From Eledone cirrhosa (Eukaryota), in assembly GCA_964016885.1 (NCBI GenBank), contig OZ024740.1, positions 94,178,001-94,242,000 of the forward strand: 64,000 nt of DNA. Reading direction: 5' to 3'. Within the stretch, counting starts at the first letter, position 1. The number at the start of each line of letters is the position of its first letter. The notes beneath the pieces were generated by a model. That model saw only the letters and a list, made by a program, of their open reading frames with translations, ran no database searches and was not told where the DNA came from. The position numbers and the translations under genes were made by a program. Shown in pieces: positions 51,990-64,000 of this stretch.

Positions 51990-53669
51990 TATAATTACCT
52001 CATTACCAGAGGTTTCCCGAATAAGACGAATACGAAAAACGTCCTCATTCGTTCATCGGACAAGGCAATTTAAAACGTAGTGAACTATTTGAAAAATCTC
52101 CTCAAGAAAGGCAACAGATTAACGGGCAAAACATATATAAAGAAAAGTAATGCAAGAGATATAAACGATAAAAGGAAATATAGTTAGTGTATGTGTATAT
52201 GTATGTATATACACTCTCAAAGTACATATGTGTGTATGTACAAATGCATGTGTATGGTGAAAATGTGTGCGTAAGTACATATATGAGGGCAAGTATATTT
52301 GTGTATATGTGACCACAAATACGTATATAATATGAGTTGAAAAAGAAATTGTAAGATAATATAGTTAACACGCATCCAGATACAAGTATTAAATACACAT
52401 ACGAGTATGAAAGCACGCGTATAAACACACACACACATGCGCGGTCACTTATCTGCGGAAGATAAAGAGAAAAGGGCGTGTAATAGTAAAAAGAAGTGTC
52501 ATTCTCGATATATGTATAAAAATGAAACAATATATTAAGAATGAAAAAAATTGTTTAAATCAAAGAGAAAGTAATCAATTAACACTAGAAAAAAGAAATG
52601 TTATATCATCAATAAGAAATCACCCAGAGAACATCAAAATTGCCTCTTTAGAGTCAAAAGGGAATGCCCATTACAAGGTAAATGCAACACCAAATCCATT
52701 ATATATGCGGCTAAAGTGACAACCATCAGCAACAACCTACCAGCCACCAGGGAACGAAATGTGGGTATGACATAAGTCAAATCCAAAACGCGTTATTACT
52801 CACATGTCGCATCTTTCCGGCATCCAGAAAAAAGATTCACAACAGCTCTGGCTAGCAGAATATGGGAATTGAAAGACCAAGGTATCTAATATGAATTGGA
52901 TTGGTCAAATTTGAACCAATATAAAGAATATGCAAGAGGAACAAGAAAATGCACAATCTGCAAAAGTGAAAAATATTGGATTTTACAGAACCTTAAGTCA
53001 CCAAACACCTGCCTAAATACAAAAATATAAATTTTTACCAGTTGCCCACACATGAATTCACACTTGTTTTTCAGCTCATATAAACTTTCAGATACTTATC
53101 CTCCATAAATGCTTGTCCTTCACTTTCCTTAAATTATCCTCTTTACAGACTTCTCTTTCTGATTTACTTTCATTTTTAACTTTATTTTTAACTTTATTTT
53201 TATTTTTACTTCACATCCACCAGTAACCCGCCCCCTACTTTTCGAATCACTTACCTAATATCTTCACATTCCACATTTTACTTCCCTATTTTCTTTCACT
53301 ACCTGATAGCAATTGTCACTTGCGTTTTCCACTCCAGATATGTTCTGTTGTTTCGCAGCCGATTTTATATTTGTACTCATCTATTCATACGGCTGCTTTA
53401 TAATTTGTGTCTATGCGTGTCAGTGTGCATATGTGTGTATACGTTCTGTATATGTATACGAACGCCTCCGTATGTGTGCGTGCGTACGTATATATATGTG
53501 TGTGTGTGTTTTTTTTATATCTATGTTTTATACATACTTATTTATACGTGTGTGTGTATGTTGGTGAATATATGTGTATGTATCTGTGTGTATATGTATG
53601 GGTGTGTATGTATATATGTATATATATATATAGTCGCGTACGTGCGTGTGATTAGATATACATGTGGCG

Positions 53670-53735
<66 letters not shown>

Positions 53736-53990
53736 GTGCCTCGTGTGTATGTATGCACGCATGCATGCGCTTTTGTCTTTACATATTTGTGTGTATAAAT
53801 ATTTATATACATATATATGTGTGTACGTGCGTACCTATGTTTGTTTTCTTTTTCAACTCATATTATATACGTATCTGTGATTACATATACACAAATATAC
53901 TTATCCTCATATATGTACTTACCCACACGTTTTCACCATACACATGCATTTGTACATACACACATATGTACATTTGTGAGTGTATATACT
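51990..53990 (+). mobile_element. PLE 3' fragment with inverted pseudo-LTR
   Basis: 52205-52345 is the reverse complement of 53849-53989; GIY-YIG remnant between; hammerhead-like CCGATGA..GAAACctctgGTA on the minus strand ~52000-52062. Confidence 0.7.
52640..53075 (+). pseudogene. Naiad-type GIY-YIG endonuclease remnant
   Basis: ECPLQGKCNTKSIIYAAKVT..NVGMT*VKSKTRYYSHVASFRHP..TALASRIWELK..RKCTICKSEKYWIL..CLN..CPH. Confidence 0.85.
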
Positions 53991-55925
53991 CACAAAGTAG
54001 CATTGCTACTCTTCGAAAATGATGTCTTGGAACTCATTCGGAGTATCAAATTTCGGAATAGGAGCATTTCCTTCCAGCAAGACGTGAAGAATAGAATTCG
54101 TTCTATTAAGGATTCTAATGCCGTGCACGTCCATTCCGACAAAACTGGCAACCTATATCAAGTGGAGCGCAGTACTTATCATCAACTACTACATAATGCT
54201 GTAACTAAGGATTACCGTAAAACTAATCGGTGTGTCATCAATGAAATCAACGATGCTGGGTTTAAAATCACATCTGATCTCAACATCCTGGACCGGACTG
54301 AACCTCTGGACCCTATTTCTCCCCACTTTACCCTGAAGGATCACAAATTGAATTTTTGGAACAACCCCACTATTCGGCTTATTAATCCTACGAAGTCCTA
54401 TATAGGTAGACTTAATAAGACGATTTTTGATAGAATTATACCTGAAATTAGAAGTTTGGCCGCTCTTGCACTGTGGAACAATTCCTTCGCGGTGATTGAA
54501 TGGTTCAACGGCATATGTAAGAAGGAGCATTGCCGTTTTATCCAATTCGACATCAACAATTACTACTCCTCCATCACTTTACCAGTTCTCCTTAGAGCTA
54601 TCAATTTCGCTAAAACACTCGCAGTGGTTAAGGATTTCGAAGTTGATGTCATCCTCAATGCCCGAAAGTCGGTGATTAATGTCGACGACTCTATTTGGAT
54701 TAAACAATCCAATAGTACCCCATTCGACGTGAGTATGGGCGCCAGTGATTCTGCGGAGGTTATTGATCTTATCGGCCTTTTCCTTCTTTTCTCTATCAAG
54801 GACGAATTCCCCAACGCGGGGGGTGGTTTGTACCGTGACGATGGTCTTTTGACCATGACTAAGTGCGGACCTCGTGCTTGCGACAGGTTCAGAAAAGAAC
54901 TCACAGCCTTCTTTAAAGGCTTCAACCTCTCAATACAGGTTGAGGCCAATCTCTCGGTCGTTAATTACCTCGAAGTTACCCTCAACTTATTGAATGGGTT
55001 GTATTACCCGTATAGAAAGCCGAATGATACGCTTAATTACATTAGTAAGCATTCCAACCATCCTGCTATTATAACCAAGAACCTGGTAAGAAACGTTTCG
55101 TTGAGGCTTTCCCGTCTTTCCACCAACGAGCGTATTTTCAACGACCATTCCACTTATTACAATGAAGCTCTTGCTCGAAGTGGATTTGTCGATAATGTAG
55201 CATATACAGAATACGAAAATAGACCTAGAAGAAATAGATCCCGTCGCATTTGTTGGTATAACCCACCATTTAATATGGAGGTGGCCACACCATTAGCTAA
55301 GATCTTTATTTCCCTTATTACGAAGCATTTTCCGCCCACACATAAATATAGTAAATTTTTTAATAGAAATACTATTAAAATGTGTTACTCTACGACTCCT
55401 AAACTTGCACATAACATCACAGCTTCAAATTTAGCTAAACTACCTAGCCGTAGGAACACGTGCAACCCTGTAGTTAGTACTAACTGTAATTGTAGGAATC
55501 GGGCTGATTTCCCCCTATCCGGGAAATGCCTCTCTAGTAACGCTGTCTACAAATGTAAGGTTGTAACACCCACGTCCCGTAGGGCCTACATAGGGTTAAC
55601 CGCCAATAGTTTCAAGCAGCGTCTTTACATGCATACCCATTCTTTTCGTTACCCTCTAATAATGAATATGACGTCACTTTCAGCTTATATCTGGAGTCTA
55701 AAAGACAACCACACCCAATATAAGTTACACTGCGAGATCCTAGCTAGGGCTAGATTGTATAACGGAAATAAAAGACCATGTGACCTCGGCGCCGCTGAGG
55801 CCCTGGAAATACTCTACGCCACAGACCACATCTTAAACAAAAAATCTGAGGCAATTTCGGCTTGTAAACATAAATTGCACAAAACTTTCCTGTATTACAG
55901 CCCCACGTTATACCCTAACGGATAG
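53991..55925 (+). CDS. Naiad-type Penelope-like reverse transcriptase + GIY-YIG endonuclease (5'-truncated, frame open for 645 codons)
   Basis: RLINP, FIQFDINNYYSSI, VSMGASDSAEVIDLIG, GLYRDDGL, YLEVTLNL, SNHP, WYNPPF, CNC(x5)F, AVY..AYIGLT..FKQR..H; the first 58 aa of the tracked ORF are unrelated UTR read-through. Confidence 0.92.
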   Translation, partial: HKVALLLFENDVLELIRSIKFRNRSISFQQDVKNRIRSIKDSNAVHVHSDKTGNLYQVERSTYHQLLHNAVTKDYRKTNRCVINEINDAGFKITSDLNILDRTEPLDPISPHFTLKDHKLNFWNNPTIRLINPTKSYIGRLNKTIFDRIIPEIRSLAALALWNNSFAVIEWFNGICKKEHCRFIQFDINNYYSSITLPVLLRAINFAKTLAVVKDFEVDVILNARKSVINVDDSIWIKQSNSTPFDVSMGASDSAEVIDLIGLFLLFSIKDEFPNAGGGLYRDDGLLTMTKCGPRACDRFRKELTAFFKGFNLSIQVEANLSVVNYLEVTLNLLNGLYYPYRKPNDTLNYISKHSNHPAIITKNLVRNVSLRLSRLSTNERIFNDHSTYYNEALARSGFVDNVAYTEYENRPRRNRSRRICWYNPPFNMEVATPLAKIFISLITKHFPPTHKYSKFFNRNTIKMCYSTTPKLAHNITASNLAKLPSRRNTCNPVVSTNCNCRNRADFPLSGKCLSSNAVYKCKVVTPTSRRAYIGLTANSFKQRLYMHTHSFRYPLIMNMTSLSAYIWSLKDNHTQYKLHCEILARARLYNGNKRPCDLGAAEALEILYATDHILNKKSEAISACKHKLHKTFLYYSPTLYPNG

Positions 55926-56503
55926 TACGATCTATACGTCGATATTTTACGTCTCAATGTGGGAGCTAAGTATATGTTTTGTTTATACCTATACTTATTT
56001 GCATAGGTAAGTATATTTTATCCGTATGTTTTGTGAAGGTACGTATACATTCTCGTATGTATAATTGATTGTTATGGCGTATACTTTTTTAATATTTCTG
56101 GTACATATGGTTTGGCTATTTGTATACGGGAGTTTTGCCTCTGTGTGAGTATGTAGGATCGTACGTATGTAGGGCGTGTGTATATGTGTACTTCATGTTT
56201 TGATTGACTTACGTCTCCGAACATTCGTGTATTTACATGTAGGTATGTGTGTGCGCTTGTTATATACGTATTTATTTATTTATATACGTTTATATAATTA
56301 TATATTTATTTGTATACACGCTTATACACACATATTTATACGTGCGTGGTTTTGTTTACCTATGGTAAGTTTTTGCGTATGCTTGTGTATGTACGTTTTT
56401 GTTTGCGTGTATGTATTTATTTATTTCTCTTACTTCTGTATTGTATTTATTTACTTTGTTCTTAACTCCGTAGCGGAGATTCATTCGGTCTCCTAGTTAG
56501 AAT

Positions 56504-56770
56504 TTAGTCTACGACTTCTCCTATAAAATTTACGTGGTTTTGTCTTTGCGTGTCATTGTTCTCCACGCTCCACATATGACGTATTATCTTCGTTTTTTCG
56601 TTCATTGCCAGAGAACGTCTCTATGCACCACCTAAGAGAACATTAGTCTACGACCTCTTTTATACCATAAACGTGGTTCTGTCTTTGCGTGTAATTGGTT
56701 TTCACCGCTCCTATTAATGACGTATTATATTCGTTTTTTCCCGATCTTAGCCAGCGAACGTTACCACGAA
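56504..56770 (+). repeat. ~139-bp tandem duplication in the Naiad 3' UTR
   Basis: ttagtctacgac..acgtggtt.tgtctttgcgtgt..atgacgtattat.ttcgtttttt..gccag.gaacgt occurs twice. Confidence 0.85.
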
Positions 56771-56850
56771 CCGAAGTATCGTCTTCCTGTCTTCCTCCGG
56801 TTGCAACGTTTTTTGAAATATCCAGTTCTGCGTTTACAGATTGACTTTGT

Positions 56851-56895
56851 TAGTTTCAGAAGATCCCGTTAAGGGTGAAAGCAGCGATTCTTTGC
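56851..56895 (+). ncRNA. hammerhead-like motif at the Naiad 3' end
   Basis: CAGAAGA-tCCC-gttaa-GGGt-GAAA: same stem-II style as 50636-50680; core has one substitution. Confidence 0.45.
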
Positions 56896-58034
56896 TTAAA
56901 CTTTAATCTGTTATTTTAATAAAAAATAAAAAAATAAAAATATATATATATATATATATATTTTTATATATATATATATATATATAAATAAATATACACG
57001 GGTGTGTATGATTGAGTATAGAAGATTATATTAATAAAAGGATTTTTTCTGATTTACTCGTTTTATTTACAATAGTTTACAATGTATAAGGGTATTAGAA
57101 TGAAATAGTATGGTAGAATATTAAATATTAAGTGTTAATAGAACAACTACTTTCATACATTCGCAATCTTCCGGTTCATATTATGTGGTGACAGTCAAGT
57201 TTGCAATTTTCAACTCTAATGAGATGGGTAAATGTTGTCCATTATATACAGTGAAAAGCCTCTACAGGATGCTAAATGTTGCAAACTGTATTTCGACCAA
57301 TCGGTGTTTAGTTTCACTGGATTACTAAAGCTGATTGGATTAGGCGTCAGGGTTGGTTGAGCATGTATAACGACTACTCTTTGACCCTAACCAAAGCATC
57401 AATTGTTTTGCTTTTTTTAGAAATGATTAAAATAGCATTTTCTAGTAATCATCATCATAAACATCACTTTTATTGTTATTATTGTTGTTGTTGTTGTTAG
57501 TGATTGTAGTCTACATGACATGGTCGTAGTCATTGTTCATTTAGCTAGGGTTCATTACCAGGCGGACCACCATTGAGAAGGGGATTCTCAAGTTCAGGCT
57601 TTGCACGATAGAATTAATTAATAATTATTAATAATGGTATATTGTGCAATGACCATACTCGAAACAACGTTTTGGAAGTGAAAATAAAAAAAAAAAAAAA
57701 ATAGGTGGGTGGTAATGTGGAACATAATAAGGTAATAGGAAACAAATATTATTTACAGGCATAGTTCTTAAAGATAAGCATTTCAAAAATGTGTTATTAC
57801 GGCAAGAGTGCTTAGTTGATCAATGGCGGAAGCAAATGGTATTCTGGGGTTTGATATGATTTCCCTTTTTAGAGAGTTAATATGTAGGGGGAGGTAATTC
57901 AGGGTGATCAGGTAGGGGAGAGAGAAATGAGAGGGTGTTATTAATTTTTATAAGAAAAAGGATTAGGAATGGTGTGAGGGCGTTACTCTTTAGGGAACAT
58001 GGGATTTGGTTTTGGTTCATTATTCGTTCGAGTT

Positions 58035-58328
58035 TTAGTTTAATCCGAAGTTTAGTCCGTTAGGTAGAGGTCGGAATTTCTTAATGAAGTACGTTTCCTT
58101 ATTGGTACGATGGATGAAAGAAGCCTTGTCTATGACTTTGTAAATGGGGATAATTTTAATGTTTGTATGTGTGTTAGGTGTACAATTGGCGATATGTTGT
58201 CTAAAAGCAATATTTCTGTATTCCTGTATTTAGATTTGTGATTTATGGACGGTTATACGTTGTCGGAGGCTGCTTTTTGTATGTCCTATGTAGTGCTCTT
58301 GACAAGGTGAGCTGGTCAAAACATAGAT
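58035..58328 (-). pseudogene. GIY-YIG endonuclease remnant of a non-Naiad (Neptune/Penelope-like) PLE
   Basis: IYV(L)TSSPCQEHYIGHTKSSLRQRITVHKSQI*..QHIANC..HRTNKETYFIKKFRPLPNGLN. Confidence 0.8.
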
Positions 58329-58925
<597 letters not shown>

Positions 58926-59662
58926 ATTATTTCGTATATATTATGTAGTTTATTTTCAGAATGTCCTGTTTTCTTTTTTTATTATGATTCATCTTGTTCC
59001 CAATTATTTAATGAATATTGTTGAATATGGTTTTGACATTTTTTTAAAATTTGCTTCATGTCTGCTACACTGAACAGTTAGAATCTTTGGGAGCCAAACA
59101 AGAATCGCCCTCGTTAAATGTACATGTAGTAAGAGAAAAACAAATCATGCCATATTGTTTACCGTTATACTCTCAAATAAGTATAATTTATCACTAAATT
59201 AATCATCAACATTCAACTCACAAATACACATAATGCTCACTAGTAAAGTAACATTCCCGACCGGCTGCATCATCATATGCAGAATTCAGAAATATAAATG
59301 GAACTATTTAAATGTTATTAGAACACACATAATAAATATTTCACGCACTTTAAATTACAAATTGAAAATAACAGAAATTTGAAGTAGTTTCCGTATAAAA
59401 AAACAACTAAAAAGCGATGAATAAGAGAAACTTAAGAAACATAGAAACATATTTAGAGAAATAGTAAAGAGCAGGAAACTTAGTTTATATGTTCGATGAA
59501 ATTAATAGCTATTTACTAATAATGCAATATATATCAAACAAACAAAACAGACACTCCCTCAAATAAAACAGGCTAACAAAATATATAAGAATACACATAC
59601 ATGCATACACACATACATATATATATATACATGTATATATATATACTTATGCATATATGAAC

Positions 59663-59694
<32 letters not shown>

Positions 59695-59729
59695 ATGTGT
59701 GTATGTGTGTGTGTGTGTGTGCCTGTGTG

Positions 59730-59771
<42 letters not shown>

Positions 59772-60435
59772 AGTGTGTGGGCTTGTGTGTATGTGTGTAT
59801 GTGTGTGTGTTAGACTATCTGCGAATTTGTATGTCTTTGCACTGTACGAGTTGTATGATCAATAATGAAAATTTGCGAGTTTTTAGTTCAAAACATAATG
59901 AAACTGGCCAGCGACCAACATACATTTTGGCAATAAAAATCAATATATCTTTGGTGGCAATAAAGCTTGTAAGATTAATACCCAATAAAATAGCTTTTGA
60001 TTACGAAGCAATAAAATGTCTCATAAAATTCCTCATTTATCTGATAGCTAATAAACGATTTAATGCTTGATAACCAATATATGCTTGAATGCAGAATATC
60101 CAATAAGAATTACCAACGAAAGAATTTGATTAATTCTTTACATTCTTACTCTAATTCTTTGCATTATTTCTCGCATTTTCCCGTTATCTTTCTTTATCCA
60201 TTTCGTATTATTGTTATGCCTGCATATCAATTGTGCACGTGGTTATTAATTGTTAATATGCCTGATGAAAGACAATCAAAACCCAAAGGACATTACGTTA
60301 AGAATTATTTATAACTTAAAAGCTTTTCATGTATTGTTGAAATTATTTGTTTAAAGCACTTCATGTTTTGTGAATGTATTGTTTCTTTCGAAAAAATGAA
60401 ATTTCATTTCTCACACTTAGTACGGCTGATACTTA

Positions 60436-60507
60436 AATATAAGTATGTATACGTACATACATATATGTATACAGACGTACAGTAGTATGTATATACATAC
60501 ATACATG

Positions 60508-60587
<80 letters not shown>

Positions 60588-61052
60588 GGTTTACCGAACA
60601 TTTATTATAAAGCTCGATTTGTTTGTAAACAAAAAGCCGTACTAAGAGTGATAAATGAAATTTCATTTTTTTCATTTATCGTTTTCGGTACGCACGGCCG
60701 GCTAACTCACTCGATATGCAAATTAGGCTACTCAGCCTTTAATATGCATAAGGAAAGTATATACTTTTAAACGTTCAATCAACTGACAGGAAGGTATACG
60801 GTGCTGATGACAGCTAATACGCTATAAACTAGTTCATTGTTCCTTTGTCAGTGTTGAACAAAATGGCAATGATGGTTGCTGAACACTGTACAGCTAATAA
60901 TTCGGGCTGTTTGTTTACAAACAAACCCAACTTTATAATAAATGTTCGGTAAATCCATACGTTCTTATAAATATGTGTGTATGTATGTATGTGTATACAT
61001 ACTACTGTACATCTGTATACATATATGTATGTACGTATACATACTTATATTT
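60436..61052. mobile_element. non-coding element with ~150-200-bp inverted repeats around a hammerhead motif
   Basis: 60436-60640 is the reverse complement of 60903-61052 (the left arm has a (TA)n expansion). Confidence 0.7.
60798..60840 (+). ncRNA. minimal type-I hammerhead ribozyme motif (decayed)
   Basis: acggtg-CTGATGA-cAGC-taatac-GCTa-tAAA-CTAG-tt-cattgt: stem I acggtg/cattgt, stem II, palindromic stem III; GAAA and the cleavage triplet are mutated. Confidence 0.6.
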
Positions 61053-61962
61053 GTTGTTTTTTTATGTCTGTGTGTAACTTCTGATTTAAGTTGGTATTCC
61101 TTTTCATTTTTCCATATTTTTATTAAACCTGAAAAATCCCAATATAGCATTTATCGAATATGTTCAACCATGAAAATAATGTTAAGAAGAATTCATTTTT
61201 AAATTAAGTATAGCCACTGATGATTAAAATTAGCGCTTTTTAAAAAGTAAAATTAAAGTTGTTAAAGTCAGTGCTACAAATAATATCCTATAATAGTAAA
61301 TGTAATTGTGTTATTATTAAATAGGGAAGAAAATGAAACTATTCAAATTAGAATTTTAATAAAATTCAATCACAATAAATAAGCAGAAGAAATGAAATCA
61401 TAATAAAGGAATCGGTTTAGTATTTAGACACCTTCTTTAATACCAATGAAAATCAAATCAGTCGACATCTTTAATCTTCTTCAAACATAATTGAACAATT
61501 TAAGCTATTATTTCAGACATTGGAAGAAGCATCACTTTCAAATATAAAGCTTTAACTAAAACAAATCGCGCGCAGAAAACAAATGCAAGTTATTGTCATT
61601 TTATCAAATCATATATGCAATCGTAAGAAATAACGTGAAAAAGGTGTGCTTCGCTTTCTTTGGTACGATGTGAGAAAAATATCCCTTCTATAACTTTTGG
61701 AAATAACACTAAGCGTTCCTTAGTGCTTGTTAGGAATATAATAAAATGAAATGTGTAGAAACACAGGAAATATTCTATAATATATGACGAGAAATGTTCG
61801 TTATTTGTGAGCACCATTGTCTATGATTTACGTAACGTATATAAGACATTTTACAATAGAAGCTTTATTCGACGTTTATTGACACGAATCGTGGGATTCA
61901 ATTGAAACACAATAGATATATCTCTATCACTATCTAACTCTCCCTCTCTCTTTCTATTTCTC

Positions 61963-62084
<122 letters not shown>

Positions 62085-62660
62085 TATATACATATATATA
62101 TGCCCTACATTACAGTAATTTAAACTGTAAATGATTGTGAGGTTGGTGGCGCAGCTTACTGACATGCGCAGTGTCAGGAGCAATGCATATATATATAAGT
62201 AAAAATACCGACATAGAGAAAATTATGGTAAGTTTTGTTATTCTGAATCGCATTTGACGCTTTTTCGCAGAGGATTGGCTCAAAATTACACAGCATTTAT
62301 GGACCGAATCATTCATCAATCAGCTGTTCAGACACGTGATTCAATAATATATATAGCGATATGAACATTTTAGAGGCATTGAACAGCAGAAGTCCTTCAG
62401 AGAAAAAGAGATCCTCAAGATAGATAGATATATACATTTATATATAAATGTTTATAGTAAAACAGTCACGTTTGATGATATACATTATTTCATTTATTTA
62501 ATTCTGGAAATTCTTACACATGGTATATGTGGCTTACAAATCCAATTTATTATTGTTCCACACTGATCAATTGTAGTCAACGTATCTCTTCTGGGAAAAT
62601 CCAGAGAATCATCATGCCAAAAGCCGGTATCCACGCATATATACATACATACATACATAC

Positions 62661-62815
62661 ATGATGGCTGCCCCCTCGTTATTGAGTATGGCCATTGCAC
62701 AAGAACAAAAATAAATAAAAAATAAAATAAAATAAAAATAAAATAAAATAACAAAATAAAATAATAATAATAATAACAATAAGAAATAAATAAAATAAAA
62801 AAAAATAAAAAAAAG

Positions 62816-62859
<44 letters not shown>

Positions 62860-62931
62860 ATACATACATATATACATACACACATACATACACATACACT
62901 CACACATATATACACACATACATTAATAACA

Positions 62932-62976
<45 letters not shown>

Positions 62977-63060
62977 GCAATAATAATAATAACGACAACA
63001 ACAATAATAATATACATATTCATATATATACTCACACACACGCACGCACATAAGCATATC

Positions 63061-63099
<39 letters not shown>

Positions 63100-63102
63100 A
63101 CA

Positions 63103-63161
<59 letters not shown>

Positions 63162-64000
63162 TAGCAACTTACAGTGCTGCGATCGAATGTGGCTTTTTAG
63201 CCCAGCCAATGATCTAAAATGTCTTGCACAGAGTCGGCAACCAAAACATTCACTCGGAATAGACGGCTGTGGTTGGAGTTCGTGTACTTGTGCATGTCGG
63301 TTGAGCCCTCCTGCTGATTTACATTCTCTACCACATGTTTGGCAAGCATGATGAGTAGCATCTCCAACAGCAGCCTGGTAGTCAACCACTGGTCTTACTT
63401 TATGACTGCGAAGATGACTTTCGAGTCCAGCTTTGCTTAGGCAGAGTCTCGCACAGACGCTGCGTGTCAGAACCATAGGAGGACCCTCGCCGTCTGGAAG
63501 TGCAACAGCAATGCCCTTCATCACGTCCCGCTTTACTTTCTCGTGTGCGATTCGAGATGCCTCAAAGGCAATTTTTCCCTCATATACAATCTTTCTCCAT
63601 TTATTACGATCAGCAGCAATATTTTCCCATGTATCAGCAGAGATGTTAGCGTCTTTCAGAGAGGCTTTCAAGGAATCCTTATACCTCTTCTTTGGTTTAT
63701 GTGGCGGTCGTATTCCTTTAAACAACTCTCCATAGAAGAGTTGTTTTGGTATTCTAGAATCCTTCATCCTGGCAAGGTGACCACTCCAACGGAGTCGTTG
63801 CTTAAGCACAAGAGTTTCTATACTGTCACACATAGAGCTTTCCAAAATCTCGACACCACTGATGTGGTCCCTCCAGTGAACGCCATGGATCCGTCTGAGA
63901 CACATCTGATGGAAACGCTCCAATTGCTAAAGGTGGCGTCGATATGTGACCCAGGTCTCGCAGGCATGAAGAAGACAAGAGAGTACACATGCCCTGTACA
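62661..64000 (-). mobile_element. RTE-clade LINE 3' end with three C2H2 zinc fingers; 3' UTR expanded by microsatellites
   Basis: ACETW, RFHQMCLRRI, RLRWSGHLARM, IPKQLFYGEL, PKKRYKDSLK, DRNKWR; fingers at ~63175-63470; tail ..ggccatactc..gcagccatcat at 62661-62700; continues beyond the window. Confidence 0.88.

Noticed and set aside
55926-56930. Selenoprotein/SECIS hypothesis for the Naiad elements
   Set aside because: No in-frame TGA in the 53991-55925 frame; the TGA in the 26-kb copy replaces Gly of YIG, not Cys; the ATGA motifs in the 3' UTR lack the apical AA.
57580-57680. Possible long-stem hammerhead ending ..catactcGAAACaacg
   Set aside because: ttgtgcaatgaccatactc matches the RTE LINE 3' tail at ~62685-62703 (minus), a simpler explanation; no good CUGANGA box.

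Overview
AT-rich, microsatellite-dense eukaryotic (animal) DNA. The tRNA-derived SINEs resemble those I recall from octopus/cephalopod genomes, which is an inference. I cannot support any host protein-coding gene. The window is a nest of mobile elements: (i) at least five Helitron-type rolling-circle elements, all on the minus strand, including three decayed Rep/PIF1-helicase copies and two exact A|T insertions that restore the interrupted reading frame when removed; (ii) many Penelope-like retroelement (PLE) pieces from about three lineages, including one Naiad-type RT+GIY-YIG frame open for 645 codons, with inverted pseudo-LTRs and about 15 hammerhead-ribozyme-like motifs; (iii) two RTE-like LINE 3' ends, one with three C2H2 zinc fingers; (iv) a hAT remnant and several SINEs. 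The most unexpected signal is a ~95-bp tandem array of histone-mRNA-type 3' stem-loops on the sense strand downstream of a Helitron helicase stop codon (20584-21064). Most long ORFs in the supplied track are (TA)n/(CA)n artefacts.
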